A stretch of DNA of 64,000 bases from Candidatus Aenigmatarchaeota archaeon (GTDB lineage Archaea > Aenigmatarchaeota > Aenigmatarchaeia > QMZP01 > QMZT01): NCBI GenBank assembly GCA_963726265.1, contig CAVSBQ010000002.1, forward strand, positions 480,001 to 544,000, in the 5' to 3' direction. The translations under genes were made by a program, and so were the position numbers. Positions within the stretch are counted from its first letter, which is position 1; each line of letters begins with the position of its first letter. This document shows positions 63,260 to 64,000 of the stretch, piece by piece. The notes beneath the pieces are model-generated. The model searched no databases. It was given only the letters and a program-made list of their open reading frames with translations, and had not been told where the DNA came from.

Positions 63260-64000
63260 ATGGCAAAGATAGCCAGGGAAAAGACGGAGGCGCTCGAAAA
63301 CGACTCCGATGAAGGGGCGTTCGAAGAAGCCCCGAAAATCACCGAGAACGATAACGATGCTCCCGTAAAAAAGGCGGCGAAGGGCAAGAAAGGCGAGAAG
63401 GAAAAACCCTACAACAAGACGGAGGACGAGAAGAAAAGGGTACTGATCATAAAGAATTTCACCAAGGAGGTCCTCAAGAAATACGGCTCCATGGTGCGCT
63501 CTGTCGTGCTCTTCGGCTCGAGCGCGCGCGGCTCATGGCACAAGGAAAGCGACATCGACGTTTTCATAATCATAGACGACACCAAGCACAAGATTTCCCC
63601 CGCTTTTAAAGAACAGATGGAGGAGGAGCTTGACGTCATCGCGAAAAGGCTTTCGGACAAGCTCTCGGTCCAGCAGCCCTATATGCTCACGGAATTCTGG
63701 AACATGGTGAGGATAGGCCATCCCATCGTGTTCAATTTCATCCGCGAAGGCGTCCCTGTTTTCGACAAGGACATCTTCCTGCCGATAAAACGGCTTCTCC
63801 AGATGGGCGAGATAAAGCCGTCTAAAGAAGCGGTGGAAAAATACATAGACCGCGCACCCAAAAGGATAAAGAGGGTTGAGAGCGCCAAGATGTATATGGT
63901 GGCGGAGGACTGCTATTACGCCATGCTGGAGAGCCTGCAGGCGGTCCTCATGTTCCTAGGGAAGAATCCTCCCAGGCCCAGCGACGCACCCGACGCCATG
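63260..64000 (+). CDS. Nucleotidyltransferase (MNT) with probable HEPN C-terminus, truncated by the window edge
   Basis: Hand translation: VVLFGSSARGSWHKESDIDVFIIIDD ... EDCYYAMLESLQAVLMFLG; absent from the ORF track because it has no stop in the window. Confidence 0.85.
   Translation, partial: MAKIAREKTEALENDSDEGAFEEAPKITENDNDAPVKKAAKGKKGEKEKPYNKTEDEKKRVLIIKNFTKEVLKKYGSMVRSVVLFGSSARGSWHKESDIDVFIIIDDTKHKISPAFKEQMEEELDVIAKRLSDKLSVQQPYMLTEFWNMVRIGHPIVFNFIREGVPVFDKDIFLPIKRLLQMGEIKPSKEAVEKYIDRAPKRIKRVESAKMYMVAEDCYYAMLESLQAVLMFLGKNPPRPSDAPDAM

Overview
Chromosomal segment of a DPANN archaeon (fused PriS-PriL primase, BHB-type RNA introns, archaeal ProRS/ThrRS/aRF1/FEN1; Aenigmarchaeota-like by inference). 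It opens with a minus-strand 16S-tRNA(Ala)-23S rRNA operon carrying short BHB introns in 16S (inside the 1492R primer site), 23S (helix 89) and tRNA-Ala (two non-canonical introns). After that come proS, transporters, tRNA-Cys (with intron), a MacB/LolCDE-type ABC system, a seven-gene de novo pyrimidine operon, uS13-uS4-uS11-uL3, aRF1, two tandem PQQ-type beta-propellers, tRNA-Gln, FEN1, a KaiC-like ATPase, RsmA, Kef, DRG, primase, HDAC, thrS-adk-ndk, a HEPN/MNT cassette, a type IV pilus locus, a polyprenyl synthase and a cluster of very large Cys-rich surface proteins. Top discoveries: (1) a 21-codon leader ORF with ten consecutive Thr codons plus alternative 1:2/2:3/3:4 hairpins directly upstream of threonyl-tRNA synthetase, i.e. 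a candidate ribosome-mediated attenuator in an archaeon; (2) an otherwise canonical aRF1 whose GGQ loop reads GGWSQ, co-occurring with a heavily substituted 23S peptidyl-transferase centre and loss of the uL3 tryptophan finger; (3) a HEPN-MNT cassette apparently inserted into the 3' end of ndk. Six apparent 1-2 nt indels, some in essential genes, suggest consensus errors. All calls are by eye; no searches were run.
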